Below are positions 30,622 through 40,713 of a stretch of 64,000 nt of DNA, in pieces. Location of the stretch: positions 7,032-71,031 of the IMG/VR virus record IMGVR_UViG_3300028815_000061; one strand, given 5' to 3'. The position numbers were made by a program, and so were the translations under genes. Position 1 is the stretch's first letter; each line of letters opens with the position of its first letter. The DNA comes from a virus. Below the pieces are notes generated by a model. It searched no databases. It saw nothing but the letters and a program-made list of their open reading frames with translations, and was not told the DNA's origin.

Positions 30622-30929
30622 TATTCATCACTCCTTTCTTCAATTTCTTCCTCTACCTCTTCCGGTTCCGGTTCCGGTTCCGGTTCAGGTACAGGGACTT
30701 TGATTTCTTCAGGTTCCCCGTATAAGACAACATCAATGGCGGCCTCGCGTATGTAGCGTACCAACTGAAGTGAGCTATAGCCAAGCGTATTTAAGCCAAG
30801 TGCTTTCGGGGAATTGTCCAGATCATTTAGCGTCTTGATACCAAGATTGTTGAACACTTCCTCTATTTCATTGGCGTGCTCTTCATACTTGGAACCTGAC
30901 AGCAGTTTACTTATTGAGCCTAGTTCCAT
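30621..30929 (-). CDS. Hypothetical acidic protein with (PE)n tract
   Basis: SD GGAGG; CCGGTT hexamer repeats at about 30662-30685. Confidence 0.7.
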   Translation of the reverse strand: MELGSISKLLSGSKYEEHANEIEEVFNNLGIKTLNDLDNSPKALGLNTLGYSSLQLVRYIREAAIDVVLYGEPEEIKVPVPEPEPEPEPEEVEEEIEERSDE

Positions 30930-30937
30930 ATTGCCTC

Positions 30938-32272
30938 CTAAAAGACTCCTACATCGGGGGATATGTCGCCGTCCTTAATGCGATTTTTTACGATGTTCCA
31001 CGCATCCACCTCACCAAGCCGTGTGCCAAACGGATTACGCAAAATGTTAACAGTCACAAACCGAACATCGCCGGTTGTGCCGTCTACACTGTACGCGAGA
31101 TCCGTTCTCAATCTTTTCTCCTTTGCCTTGATATTCTCGCATGACGTGCAAAGTGGGCGCGACAGCCTGGCCGTCGCCATCCATGCAATTGCCTGTGCCA
31201 AGTCGTGTGGTACGATGCGCATGCCACGTCGGAAGTCCTCGTAGTAATCACCGCCTTGATAAGCAAGCTCGACGTAATCAGGTTCTCGGGGAACAGTGAA
31301 TTGCTCGACCGTGAATTCTTCTGTGCCAGAATCATAGGACGCTGGCGTTACTGAAACATCGCTTACCGTACGATGTACCACTACGCCCTCAACCGCTGCT
31401 AATTGTGTGGTATGCGTTGTGTCGTCGACAAGTTGATTAGATTCATTCCAGTGAAACAGATTCCCTTGTGAAGGATCGGCCGTCTCGTAATAGACGTCCA
31501 CTGCCTCGACCAGATTGTTGACATTACTTGGATCGATGTCCGTAAATCCATCTTCGCCAGGAAGCGCGGCTAACAGTTCGGGCTTGAACAGTAACCAGAC
31601 CGGTACCCGCATCTCCAAATAACCACCTGAAACACTTTTCGTCGTAGCTGGGCGAAGCTCCCACTCTTCACCGCCATCCATGCCTGAGTAATATAGCTTG
31701 TGCTCATATGGCGATGTGTAGGTCGTCGACACCGTAATAACACAGGTCTCATCAAACCCATCACCATCGTCATCGGTCAAAACCATAGAACCCGCAGCAA
31801 ATGAAGCGGAGTTTACGTAGGTAGCTGAACGCAAGCCAGCAACAAAGAGCTTGCCGTGCTTCAGTTTCACGCTCTTATAGCGCCCGTTCACCTGTCTACC
31901 TTGGACGGTAGTCCAGGCTCGCTTGTAGTATTTTGGATAGCTTATGAGCTGTCCATCGTACCAAGTCAGGCCAGGCATGTAGCCAAGAGCAGCAGCAATG
32001 TCTAACTCAGCTTGCCTGATTTCTCTCGCAAGCTCATCACGACTGGTCTTGTCCTCATCCTGCCAGGCATACTGCCTCCAGCGATCGGTACAACCGGTGC
32101 TGGGGAAGTACCCGGCCGAATTGCCGGACATGAATTGAACGGGGTTAATGCCCATAATTTCCGCGTACTCAAGTAATGAAAGCGCAGTTACCTCTGGTGG
32201 TATGAAGTTTGGCGTTACAGCAAGTGAAGGGGAACCAGGAACAATGGGCACCATCTGGCCAGTGTTGCTCAT
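30938..32272 (-). CDS. Putative head-tail adaptor with large insertion
   Basis: EIRQAELDIAAALGY and VELAYQGG...VPHDLAQAIAWMA resemble gp6/gp15-type adaptor ends. Confidence 0.55.
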   Translation of the reverse strand: MSNTGQMVPIVPGSPSLAVTPNFIPPEVTALSLLEYAEIMGINPVQFMSGNSAGYFPSTGCTDRWRQYAWQDEDKTSRDELAREIRQAELDIAAALGYMPGLTWYDGQLISYPKYYKRAWTTVQGRQVNGRYKSVKLKHGKLFVAGLRSATYVNSASFAAGSMVLTDDDGDGFDETCVITVSTTYTSPYEHKLYYSGMDGGEEWELRPATTKSVSGGYLEMRVPVWLLFKPELLAALPGEDGFTDIDPSNVNNLVEAVDVYYETADPSQGNLFHWNESNQLVDDTTHTTQLAAVEGVVVHRTVSDVSVTPASYDSGTEEFTVEQFTVPREPDYVELAYQGGDYYEDFRRGMRIVPHDLAQAIAWMATARLSRPLCTSCENIKAKEKRLRTDLAYSVDGTTGDVRFVTVNILRNPFGTRLGEVDAWNIVKNRIKDGDISPDVGVF

Positions 32273-32805
32273 ATCACGACCTCCAGATCAGGATTATCTA
32301 CATCTTGCCAGCCAGGTTTAGCTTTCCAGAAATAGACGTTCCCTAATGGCACAAGCGGGTTTCTGCCTTTCGTGTCCTTGGCGTACCCGTTTGAGTCGGT
32401 ATAGCCTTCCCATACAGTTAGCGAATTCTCGGCGCTCGCAAGAGTTACCCAGACATACGCACCAGGCACAGGATTGCCCGCACCACCAGGCTGATCGGTG
32501 ACCCGGTATTCCCAGAACTTCCAACCAGGTGTACGCTGCTCACATACATATTCGAGGTTTTGCTGAACGGCACCAGAAGCGGTAGCGATTACGGAGATGG
32601 GGCCTACTACGGCCTCCGCTGCGGTGCACGTGTAAGAGTACCAGCCATTGCTGATCTCCAGTATCGTGCCTGCCACAGCTTGGAATGACTGCCCGGTCAC
32701 CCGAATTTGCATAGACAAAGTCAACCCGGAGAGTTCATCACCGTTATCATCTGTCATGACGAAACTTACTTCGTTCGGGACACCTGCCAACCATTCCCCA
32801 CTCAT
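32269..32805 (-). CDS. Virion structural protein (Ig-like)
   Basis: Beta-rich; EISNGWYSY, PVPGAYVWV and YTDSNG motifs. Confidence 0.55.
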   Translation of the reverse strand: MSGEWLAGVPNEVSFVMTDDNGDELSGLTLSMQIRVTGQSFQAVAGTILEISNGWYSYTCTAAEAVVGPISVIATASGAVQQNLEYVCEQRTPGWKFWEYRVTDQPGGAGNPVPGAYVWVTLASAENSLTVWEGYTDSNGYAKDTKGRNPLVPLGNVYFWKAKPGWQDVDNPDLEVVI

Positions 32806-32810
32806 AGTCG

Positions 32811-33428
32811 CTACACTCCTAGCATCTCGTGGTTAACGAAAACTTTAAGCGTGTCGCTCGCCGTCTTGTCGAAGGATGCGGCAAACAGGAAGTGAGTGAG
32901 CGCTGCAGTTGGTGTGGCCCGGTCGTCGACGATTGCCCCTTCTTGTATCCCGGTGATGTTTGCTTCAGCAGTCGTGTAGCTAACTCGCCAGGTTACAATA
33001 TCCACGCCCGCTCCAGTATTATCACCATCTGGATCGTCTGTTCGTGGATAGGTTGCATCCGTCGCCTTTCGGCCAGCACTATCCTCTGTCGTCACATCAG
33101 TATCCGACTTCGTTGGCGCAGTGTTATCGGTACCTAAACGAAAACCGGCACCGGCCGCATCAAAGTCATCTGTAGGCGTCTCCGCCACGGACGACTGAGC
33201 GTAATACACATCGCCGTCATTGGTTACGATGTTCAGACCAGGTATAACCAACTCGCGCTCTAGCTCAGGGTTGCGAAGAATAGCCACGATCTTTCCCGTC
33301 AGCACAATGCGGTCATCGAGCGCTGCCTGTTGTTTTTCAACAAGGCGATCGAGCCAGTACTGGCCAACGGAGGCCATGGTTCTACTTTTACGCTGCTCAA
33401 ACTCTGAGATCAAGCGTAGAAAGTTCAT
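32811..33428 (-). CDS. Virion structural protein (fibre-anchoring type)
   Basis: NIVTNDG...LGTDNTAP..SDT...EGAI...KTASDTLKV pattern; next to the fibre gene. Confidence 0.6.
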   Translation of the reverse strand: MNFLRLISEFEQRKSRTMASVGQYWLDRLVEKQQAALDDRIVLTGKIVAILRNPELERELVIPGLNIVTNDGDVYYAQSSVAETPTDDFDAAGAGFRLGTDNTAPTKSDTDVTTEDSAGRKATDATYPRTDDPDGDNTGAGVDIVTWRVSYTTAEANITGIQEGAIVDDRATPTAALTHFLFAASFDKTASDTLKVFVNHEMLGV

Positions 33429-33430
33429 GA

Positions 33431-33622
33431 TTAACCTCCTATGAACTTCTTTTCATTATCAGTAATGAGAATCGCGATGACTTGTTCCCCCGTATTTACT
33501 GGATCGTTCGCACCTCTTAACTTGGCACGCACGGTCGCTCGGAATCCGGGGCTGAAGAGAAACAGTAGCGCTCCGATTGCTAGGTAAAATGGAAATTTCA
33601 CTATATCACGGATAAGCGTCAT
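33431..33622 (-). CDS. Small membrane protein
   Basis: N-terminal hydrophobic helix; ATGA overlap. Confidence 0.55.
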   Translation of the reverse strand: MTLIRDIVKFPFYLAIGALLFLFSPGFRATVRAKLRGANDPVNTGEQVIAILITDNEKKFIGG

Positions 33623-36600
33623 CGCTGCATCCTCTTTTTCATATACCGGTACATACCCTTGAAGGTTGGACCCAGGAATTTTCTCGCGGGAATACCGATA
33701 GTATGCAATATTGACTCAACGAGGTTCACACCTTCGTTGATGATTTTAACCAGGCCGGTGATAGCATCGGCCGATTCAACAATAGATAATTGCTCGTTTA
33801 TAATCCTGGCGAGGCCCCTTACGCGGAGCGTCAGTTCCGTAACATTAACGGCCTCGACAATTATTCTGACCATACTTCTCGCGCGAAGTACGGTCTCGCT
33901 GATGTTAATTGTTTCCGCAACCACCCTGGTCAAGGCTACGGTCCTGATCGCTACCTCATTTATACCAACTGAATCAGCCACTTGTCTACTCATTGCCATA
34001 AGACGTGTGATGACCTCATCAATATTGACTGTTTCGGTAATGATTTTTATAAGGCCAACGATATTTGCGGCGGTCTCATCGACGTTAACTGTCTCGTTGA
34101 TAATCCTAATATAGTCATTGGCAATCGCGGTTAGCTTCCTGACAATGTCCTCGACAATGTTCACGGTCTCATTGACGACCCTTGTCATGGACTTGAGACG
34201 CGCGATGCTTTCGTCTATGTTTACCGTTTCTGCCAGGACCCTTACCAGAACACGGGGGTTAACGATTGTTTCCTGGATATTGATTGACTCAACTATCGCC
34301 CGAACCATCACGCGCGCGTTAACGATTGTTTCGTTGATGTTTACAGTCTCATTAGCTTGGCGCAAGAGGCCCCGTAAATAGCTGTTACTTTCGTCTATGT
34401 TGATTGTTTCACCAATCACACGCACGAAACCAAGCAAACGCAAAATCGTTTCGTCGATGTTCACGGTTTCGCTAATCAACTTAACAATCGCTTTGAGCCT
34501 AGTCGCATTTTCATCAATGTTTACCGTTTCTGAAACTATCCTGGCAATAGCCATGAGTCTGACAATAGCCTCATCAACATTGACAGTTTCAGCAATCAGC
34601 CTGACCATGGCCTTTGACCTGACAATGGCCTCATCGACGTTAATAGTTTCATCAATGACCTTGATAATCTGTGCACCAACATTTACCAGGTGCCTGACAA
34701 TATCTTCGACGATGTTAATGGTCTCGCTAACTACGCGCGTCATTGACATTCGCCTAACAATGCTTTCATCTAGGTTGACCGTCTCGGCAATCAGTCTGAT
34801 AAGCACACGAGGATTCAGGATTGATTCATCGACGTTGATTGTTTCTGCTACCGCCCTGACCATGGCCATTCTACGGGAGATGACTTCGTCCACATTCACC
34901 GTCTCGCCAACTACCTGGACCTTACCAAGCAGCCTGGCCACAGCCTCATCAATGTTTATGGTCTCATTTACCGTACGTACCATGGCCTTTAGACGATTGA
35001 CCGTTTCTCCAATATTGACCGTCTCTGCAATTTGGCGTACAAGCGTCCTTGCCCGAACAACGGTCTCATCTATATTCACAGTTTCGTCAATCGACTTGAC
35101 CATGGACATCAAACGTGTGATTACTTCGTCGATATTCACAGTTTCGTTAACGGTGCGGGTTAACGACATAAACCTAGTAATGACCTCATCGACATCGACA
35201 GTCTCATCTATCACGCGCACAAAACCACGTGCAGTGACGACAGCTTCGTCTATGTTCACGGTCTCCGCAATTGCCCGCACCATGGCCTTTAGCCTGGCAA
35301 CTGCCTCATCTACGTTAACTGTCTCGCTAATGACTCTTAGCATAGACAAGCGACGGATAACGCTTTCGTCGATATTGATTGTCTCGCCCACTACCCTGGC
35401 CAGTATGCGTGGATTGAGAATTGTTTCGTCGACATTCACAGTCTCATTTATTACCCTGAGAATGTTTTTAAGCCTGACGATAACTTCGTCGACATTTACC
35501 GTTTCGCTAATGATGCGCAGCAGGCCTGCGTACTTTTGGATATCCTCATCGACATTAACGGTTTCATTTCGTACACGAACCATCGCCATAAGCCTGGCGA
35601 TAACTTCGTCTATATTCACGGCTTCACTAATGACCTTGATCATTGTCAACAAACGCGCGATGCTTTCATCAATGTTGACAGTCTCGCCGATTATCCTGGC
35701 CAGCACACGCGGGTTAAGAATGGATTCGTCGATGTTTACGGTTTCGCTAATCCATTTGACGATCATCAATGCCCTGACAATAACTTCATCGACATTGACG
35801 GTCTCGGATATAACGCGCATCAAGCCACGGTATCTTTGAATATCCTCATCAATATTGACTGTTTCGTTTCGCACGCGGGTCATTGTCATGAGTCTGGTAA
35901 TGACCTCGTCAACGTTAACAGTCTCGTTAATGGCCCTGGTCATAGCCATTAGCCTGACGATGACCTCGTCAATATTGACGTCCTCGTCAATCACCCTGGT
36001 CATAGATAGCAGGCGCACGATAGTCTCATCGACATTAACGGCCTCGTCGATTATCTTGTTGATCGGGTTTGCCCCGGTCCCAGCCGTAACCGTCATGGCC
36101 TGCGGGCTCAGTACCAGGGTAACGGGATCGATAGTCTCTATGCTGGTCGGAGTGTATGTCGGAATATCTGGAGAGGGATTCCAGAGACCACGATAATACG
36201 GCCACAGCTCAAAGTCACCCGCTCGCATCGAGTCCATGAAGTTAATCGGATGATCGTTGTCATACCAGAATTCAAAGCTAGGATCGAACAGTCTTTGAAC
36301 ACTCATATCTTGCGGAGTAAGAGTGAGTGTTACAGCGTTCATAGTTGCCGTGTCAGCGGGGAACTGCAAGAAATCATAATAAACCGTAGGGCCTGTAGAG
36401 ATACTGTATATGTAGTCGATCCCGCCGCCCTCGTTTAAGTTGTAGTAGGTCCACCCGGTACGAATCCCCCATCCGTCGCTGGCAAGATCGTTCAGTATCC
36501 CCCCATCCGTCCAGCCAGATCCGCTGTTGTAGATGTACCTGACATCTCTACCGGTATTGTCTATGTAAAATATGTAGCGTATTGGCGTAGCGCCATACAA

Positions 36601-37416
36601 ATGAATCTGCGCTGTTTTTCTGAAATCAACAACACTCCACGTATCGTATGACGTGTCGGACAGGCCACCTAAACTCGTGCCCTCTGAGATGTCTCCTGGT
36701 GCAGCATTATCGACACCAATGATATACGGTGTTGTACCAAAGGCGGCGATATCCATTTGACCACCAGTGCCGCGATCGGACTCTGTGCCCCATGAACCGC
36801 TGGTTCTCTTTCTGTAATGGTCTGCCCCATCAATGCCATAAAGAACATGAACGTCATTAGCGGAATCAACCGTAATAGCCTTCGCTCCAGAATTGACATT
36901 AGGTTCATTCGATACTAGCTCAGGCGTTATCCACCCAGAACTGTTGTTTGTGTAGTAAACCTGGTCATATATTGTGCCTTTCTCTTTGACGGCATCAGTC
37001 CAGAGCACATGAACAACATCCGAACTATCAATTGTGCATTGGGTGTATGCTCTCGTTATTCCTGCTTCTGCATAAGCGGATACGATTGTCGCCCACGTAC
37101 CCCAGGCAGGAGTGGCATCAGGATCGGAGATCGTGTTGTAGGCCAAAATTCGAGTAGCACCCCCGGTGCCTTGTGCGACGACATGAATCACGTCATCGCT
37201 GCCTATACAGGCACCAAACATCTCTAGCGTACCACCTGTGCCAAAAATCGTTGCTCCAGTTTGTGCGCTACCAATCAAACTCGGAGAGGTACTGGCATTA
37301 TTGTAAGCAGTAATAGAACCAGAATTGTTATCAATTATGGCTACCTTCGTACCACCGGTAGTGGTAAGAATTGCACCACCAATATTCAGATTACCGGTCC
37401 CTATTGATACGGCCAT
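33619..37416 (-). CDS. Long fibre protein: N-terminal propeller-like domain + about 39 tandem 20-aa repeats
   Basis: Repeat consensus R-V-I-x-E-T-V-N-I/V-D-E-x-I-x-R-L-x-x-M-x. Confidence 0.75.
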   Translation of the reverse strand: MAVSIGTGNLNIGGAILTTTGGTKVAIIDNNSGSITAYNNASTSPSLIGSAQTGATIFGTGGTLEMFGACIGSDDVIHVVAQGTGGATRILAYNTISDPDATPAWGTWATIVSAYAEAGITRAYTQCTIDSSDVVHVLWTDAVKEKGTIYDQVYYTNNSSGWITPELVSNEPNVNSGAKAITVDSANDVHVLYGIDGADHYRKRTSGSWGTESDRGTGGQMDIAAFGTTPYIIGVDNAAPGDISEGTSLGGLSDTSYDTWSVVDFRKTAQIHLYGATPIRYIFYIDNTGRDVRYIYNSGSGWTDGGILNDLASDGWGIRTGWTYYNLNEGGGIDYIYSISTGPTVYYDFLQFPADTATMNAVTLTLTPQDMSVQRLFDPSFEFWYDNDHPINFMDSMRAGDFELWPYYRGLWNPSPDIPTYTPTSIETIDPVTLVLSPQAMTVTAGTGANPINKIIDEAVNVDETIVRLLSMTRVIDEDVNIDEVIVRLMAMTRAINETVNVDEVITRLMTMTRVRNETVNIDEDIQRYRGLMRVISETVNVDEVIVRALMIVKWISETVNIDESILNPRVLARIIGETVNIDESIARLLTMIKVISEAVNIDEVIARLMAMVRVRNETVNVDEDIQKYAGLLRIISETVNVDEVIVRLKNILRVINETVNVDETILNPRILARVVGETINIDESVIRRLSMLRVISETVNVDEAVARLKAMVRAIAETVNIDEAVVTARGFVRVIDETVDVDEVITRFMSLTRTVNETVNIDEVITRLMSMVKSIDETVNIDETVVRARTLVRQIAETVNIGETVNRLKAMVRTVNETINIDEAVARLLGKVQVVGETVNVDEVISRRMAMVRAVAETINVDESILNPRVLIRLIAETVNLDESIVRRMSMTRVVSETINIVEDIVRHLVNVGAQIIKVIDETINVDEAIVRSKAMVRLIAETVNVDEAIVRLMAIARIVSETVNIDENATRLKAIVKLISETVNIDETILRLLGFVRVIGETINIDESNSYLRGLLRQANETVNINETIVNARVMVRAIVESINIQETIVNPRVLVRVLAETVNIDESIARLKSMTRVVNETVNIVEDIVRKLTAIANDYIRIINETVNVDETAANIVGLIKIITETVNIDEVITRLMAMSRQVADSVGINEVAIRTVALTRVVAETINISETVLRARSMVRIIVEAVNVTELTLRVRGLARIINEQLSIVESADAITGLVKIINEGVNLVESILHTIGIPARKFLGPTFKGMYRYMKKRMQR
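33700..36060 (-). repeat. Degenerate 60-bp coding tandem repeat array
   Basis: 60-nt periodicity encoding the 20-aa unit. Confidence 0.9.
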
Positions 37417-37895
37417 TATTCTTTCACGTATTCAAACGAACATCTTGGGTGGTTTTCAAACCACTCGTTTACCTGTTTTTCCGTGAACTCATCTGGTGGA
37501 AATGGCTTGCACGTGATCATCCATACGTGCTCGTGCTCGGTTCCAACTAATGCACACGGCCTTGTTTCATCACCCGGATCTGGCATAAGGAACGGGCACT
37601 CGATATTGTTCTCTACCTTGCATACCGCATGCCCTGGCACCCAGACCCATGGATATTCCTTGTCACCTATTCTAGTTGCGCCACTTCGCTCGAATAAGAA
37701 AACATTCCCAGTGTTCGGGTTAGGGATAATTCCAAAGAACTTGGCCAGTGGCCATCTCCCGGCAAAATTATCGTACTTCCATGTCCTGACCGACTCCGGC
37801 CAACTACCATTCCATGGATTGGCCTGGTTTGGACTGCCCTCTGCACCACAGCATTGCCCACATAAATTGCACTCGCCGATCCTCTTGAACATCAT
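37416..37895 (-). CDS. YkgJ-like CxxCxxCC cysteine-cluster protein
   Basis: CNLCGQCC...CPFL...CAL...CKPFP. Confidence 0.75.
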   Translation of the reverse strand: MMFKRIGECNLCGQCCGAEGSPNQANPWNGSWPESVRTWKYDNFAGRWPLAKFFGIIPNPNTGNVFLFERSGATRIGDKEYPWVWVPGHAVCKVENNIECPFLMPDPGDETRPCALVGTEHEHVWMITCKPFPPDEFTEKQVNEWFENHPRCSFEYVKE

Positions 37896-39301
37896 AGTGG
37901 CGTCTGGCTCACTGCTATATCTGAAAAGCGTACGTAGCGCGCCTTTCTCTTAGTATTGTTGTTTCTAAACTCAATCGTGATGTACGGATAAGTCGGTGTG
38001 ATATTGCCGTTTATGGCATTCCACGAATTCACTGCCCCACTATCGGTGACTACAACATCGGAGACGCCCGGCGACTTCAGCACCATTTGCGGGTTTGTGC
38101 CAGCGTAGCCAGACTCGCGTTTGACATCGCAAGACACAGTCACCTGACTGTTGGGTGCACAAGCAATACGAATTGAATCGGCCGACGCATCAGGTAGCTC
38201 TATACTCGTACTACTACCTACGGGCGCATCAGATGTATTTCGACCAACTTGCCTGAACTGGACTGCGCCGATTGTTTTCTTGTACTGAGGCTGAACGTTA
38301 AAACCCCAGATATCCTCGCCTGGATCAGCGCCGACAGCCCCGCCATAAGCGCCTTGGAAGTATGACTCTGGTATACCAGCAATCCACGGATACCGAATCC
38401 CCTCGTACAAAATAGGCATAATCATATGAGCCGGAGCTACCCTTTGATTAGGACCAACGGTAACTGTGCCAGTCACATTGTTGTATGGGTAACTATAGTT
38501 GTTATCCGCGTACACAGTTGCGCTTCCACTCTGGTGGTTAAGTCCTTCGCCAGATGTGTGAGTCCATAGTATTAAGTTGTTATACACATAAATTGTTCCA
38601 CCAGATGGTGTTGTGTCTAGGTGTAGCCAGGCCCCATTGTGAGCAAATATTGTATTGTTCCTAAAATAGCAATCTGCGATATCGTAGAAAATCACAGCTT
38701 CTTCATTGGCATATGGGAATAAATAGCAATTCTCGACAACAACCGTCACGCCAGTTGTCGAGTGACCCGTGGTACCAAATACTAGACAGCTTTTACTGCC
38801 GTTAACCAGGAAAGCGCACCTACGAAACGTAATGGTATTACTGACTTCAGATAGGTTGACGTTTCCCTCCGTCCCATTATCTCCATTCAGAAAGACACAG
38901 GCCTCTACCGTTAAGTTGCTGAAGATAGCATCCGTAGCCTGGTTGTAGATAAATGGATTGGTCGATTGGCCATGAAAAACAAACCCCTTGAATATGCGAT
39001 AGTCCACCGTTGTGGCAGTCTGCGGGGTTAAGCCATAGGTACTATTAGACTTGTAAATAACCGGACCCCCTATTCCATCGGTTTTCTCGCCAGTAACATC
39101 ACCAATCCACTGTATCTCACTACCAGAAGATCCACTCTTAGTTAAAACAAGGCCATTTTCCGTATACGTTCCTGGACCAAAGTACATGATGTCCCCAGCA
39201 GAGCCAATGCTTTCGGCCTCGCCAAGCGTCAGCTTTCTATTACCCCAGGTAAGACCATCGTTGACGTCAGCCCCACCAGGTCCAAAGTAATAAGTTGTCA
39301 T
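37892..39301 (-). CDS. Right-handed beta-helix (pectin lyase-like) protein with C-terminal jelly-roll domain
   Basis: TTYYFGPGGADVNDGLTW...GDIMYFGPGTY.E start; ENC/NNT repeats. Confidence 0.8.
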   Translation of the reverse strand: MTTYYFGPGGADVNDGLTWGNRKLTLGEAESIGSAGDIMYFGPGTYTENGLVLTKSGSSGSEIQWIGDVTGEKTDGIGGPVIYKSNSTYGLTPQTATTVDYRIFKGFVFHGQSTNPFIYNQATDAIFSNLTVEACVFLNGDNGTEGNVNLSEVSNTITFRRCAFLVNGSKSCLVFGTTGHSTTGVTVVVENCYLFPYANEEAVIFYDIADCYFRNNTIFAHNGAWLHLDTTPSGGTIYVYNNLILWTHTSGEGLNHQSGSATVYADNNYSYPYNNVTGTVTVGPNQRVAPAHMIMPILYEGIRYPWIAGIPESYFQGAYGGAVGADPGEDIWGFNVQPQYKKTIGAVQFRQVGRNTSDAPVGSSTSIELPDASADSIRIACAPNSQVTVSCDVKRESGYAGTNPQMVLKSPGVSDVVVTDSGAVNSWNAINGNITPTYPYITIEFRNNNTKRKARYVRFSDIAVSQTPL

Positions 39302-40713
39302 TACGCAACTCTCAAGTTATCGAATCGAACAGTAGAGTCATTGTTAGTACCATTCTCTAGTTCGATGACAATGTATGGTGGAGTAGCAGACGGTGTAAGA
39401 GTGCGGCTCAGTACATTCCATTGATTCGCCGCATTTGTATCCACATCTAGTAATGTTGACTGACCAGGTTGCTTGATTCGCATTCTTGGATTGTTGCCAG
39501 CAAAAGCGCTCTCGCGCCATACGCTAATCGAGACCGTTATTTCCGTACCGTCGACGGGCCAGATAAATTGTTCTATGCCAGCACTAGCAAACTCAAGCGT
39601 GTATGTACCAAATGCAGGATTGGTTGTACCTTGTGCTGGCCATGACTCATCATTCGGTTGCCCAAAGCAACCACGAACCATCTCGGTGTTATTGCCAACA
39701 CGATCAATGCCAAATATATCTTGCGTGGGGAGATCCGTTGCGGAACAACTATGCACGCTTACATCAGTCAATCTGCTAGGAGAACCTGGATACCATGGGC
39801 CTATCCAGTGGCCGTCATCCCTGATCAGCGGAAATGCGGGATAGAACGCGCTCGTAGTGAATGAGCCAGTATAGTCACTGCCGCTTCCGCCATTTGCCGT
39901 ACAGCTATCAATCGCAAACTCGCCAGCGGAACTGGAAAATGATATGCACCAATTAGTGGTATTCAGAAAAACGGAATTGACAATGTCTATATCAACCCAC
40001 CCGGTCTGAGTGTCGAGTGATACAACCGCATTGTCTATATCAAGAAATGTGCAATTTTTTACCTTCCATCCCCTGTGGCAATAATCGGTAAGAATAATCG
40101 CGCGACTGTTTGGGGAGTTGTGTCCAGGACCAACAAAGTAGCAATTTTCTATAAGTGCTGCAGTCGTTGGCCCGGTTGTGCCCCCGGCCCTTATAACGAT
40201 CCCGTAGTCACACTGCCAAAAAATACACCTTCTAACGGTGAACGGTGAATTGTTTATCCTGTAAAAGTAAATTGCCCCTTTAGTGGGCGCGGAGTATGAG
40301 AATACGCAGTCCTCAACAATTGTGTTGTGACCCCAGTCCAGAAACATGATGTAGTCAGTGGTGCACATGTCCATGTGCAGGCCTCTAAATACCCTCCAAT
40401 CACCGTCGCCATTGGCACCGTAGACACAGTTTAATCTAGTGGCCGTGATATCGTTGTCTGAACCAGTTATCCTGACTGGTCCCCCTATCCCGTCAGTTTG
40501 AGCGCCAGTAACATCGCCGATCCACGTTATGGGATTGCCACTTGTCCCACCATTAAGCAATACTACTCGCTCGCGATATATGCCAGGCCCAATGATCAGG
40601 GTGTCATTTGCTGATAGTAAGTTCTCGCCTGCCTGAACTGTTAGCTTTCTCAATGCCCAGGTCGAACCATCATTACTGTCACTTCCACCCTTACCTACGT
40701 AGTAAGTGGTCAT
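39301..40713 (-). CDS. Right-handed beta-helix protein, paralogue of 37892-39301
   Basis: TTYYVGKGGSDSNDGSTW...GPGIYRE; shared WIGDVTG..TDGIGGPV; ATGA overlap. Confidence 0.8.
   Translation of the reverse strand: MTTYYVGKGGSDSNDGSTWALRKLTVQAGENLLSANDTLIIGPGIYRERVVLLNGGTSGNPITWIGDVTGAQTDGIGGPVRITGSDNDITATRLNCVYGANGDGDWRVFRGLHMDMCTTDYIMFLDWGHNTIVEDCVFSYSAPTKGAIYFYRINNSPFTVRRCIFWQCDYGIVIRAGGTTGPTTAALIENCYFVGPGHNSPNSRAIILTDYCHRGWKVKNCTFLDIDNAVVSLDTQTGWVDIDIVNSVFLNTTNWCISFSSSAGEFAIDSCTANGGSGSDYTGSFTTSAFYPAFPLIRDDGHWIGPWYPGSPSRLTDVSVHSCSATDLPTQDIFGIDRVGNNTEMVRGCFGQPNDESWPAQGTTNPAFGTYTLEFASAGIEQFIWPVDGTEITVSISVWRESAFAGNNPRMRIKQPGQSTLLDVDTNAANQWNVLSRTLTPSATPPYIVIELENGTNNDSTVRFDNLRVA

Noticed and set aside
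33700-36060. 60-bp periodic array as CRISPR or non-coding repeat
   Set aside because: Units vary at synonymous positions and conserve the protein pattern, so it is a coding repeat
33659-36196. Long + strand ORFs (up to 480 aa) opposite the fibre gene
   Set aside because: Antisense shadows of a repetitive gene; Ser/Thr/Ile-rich, no SD
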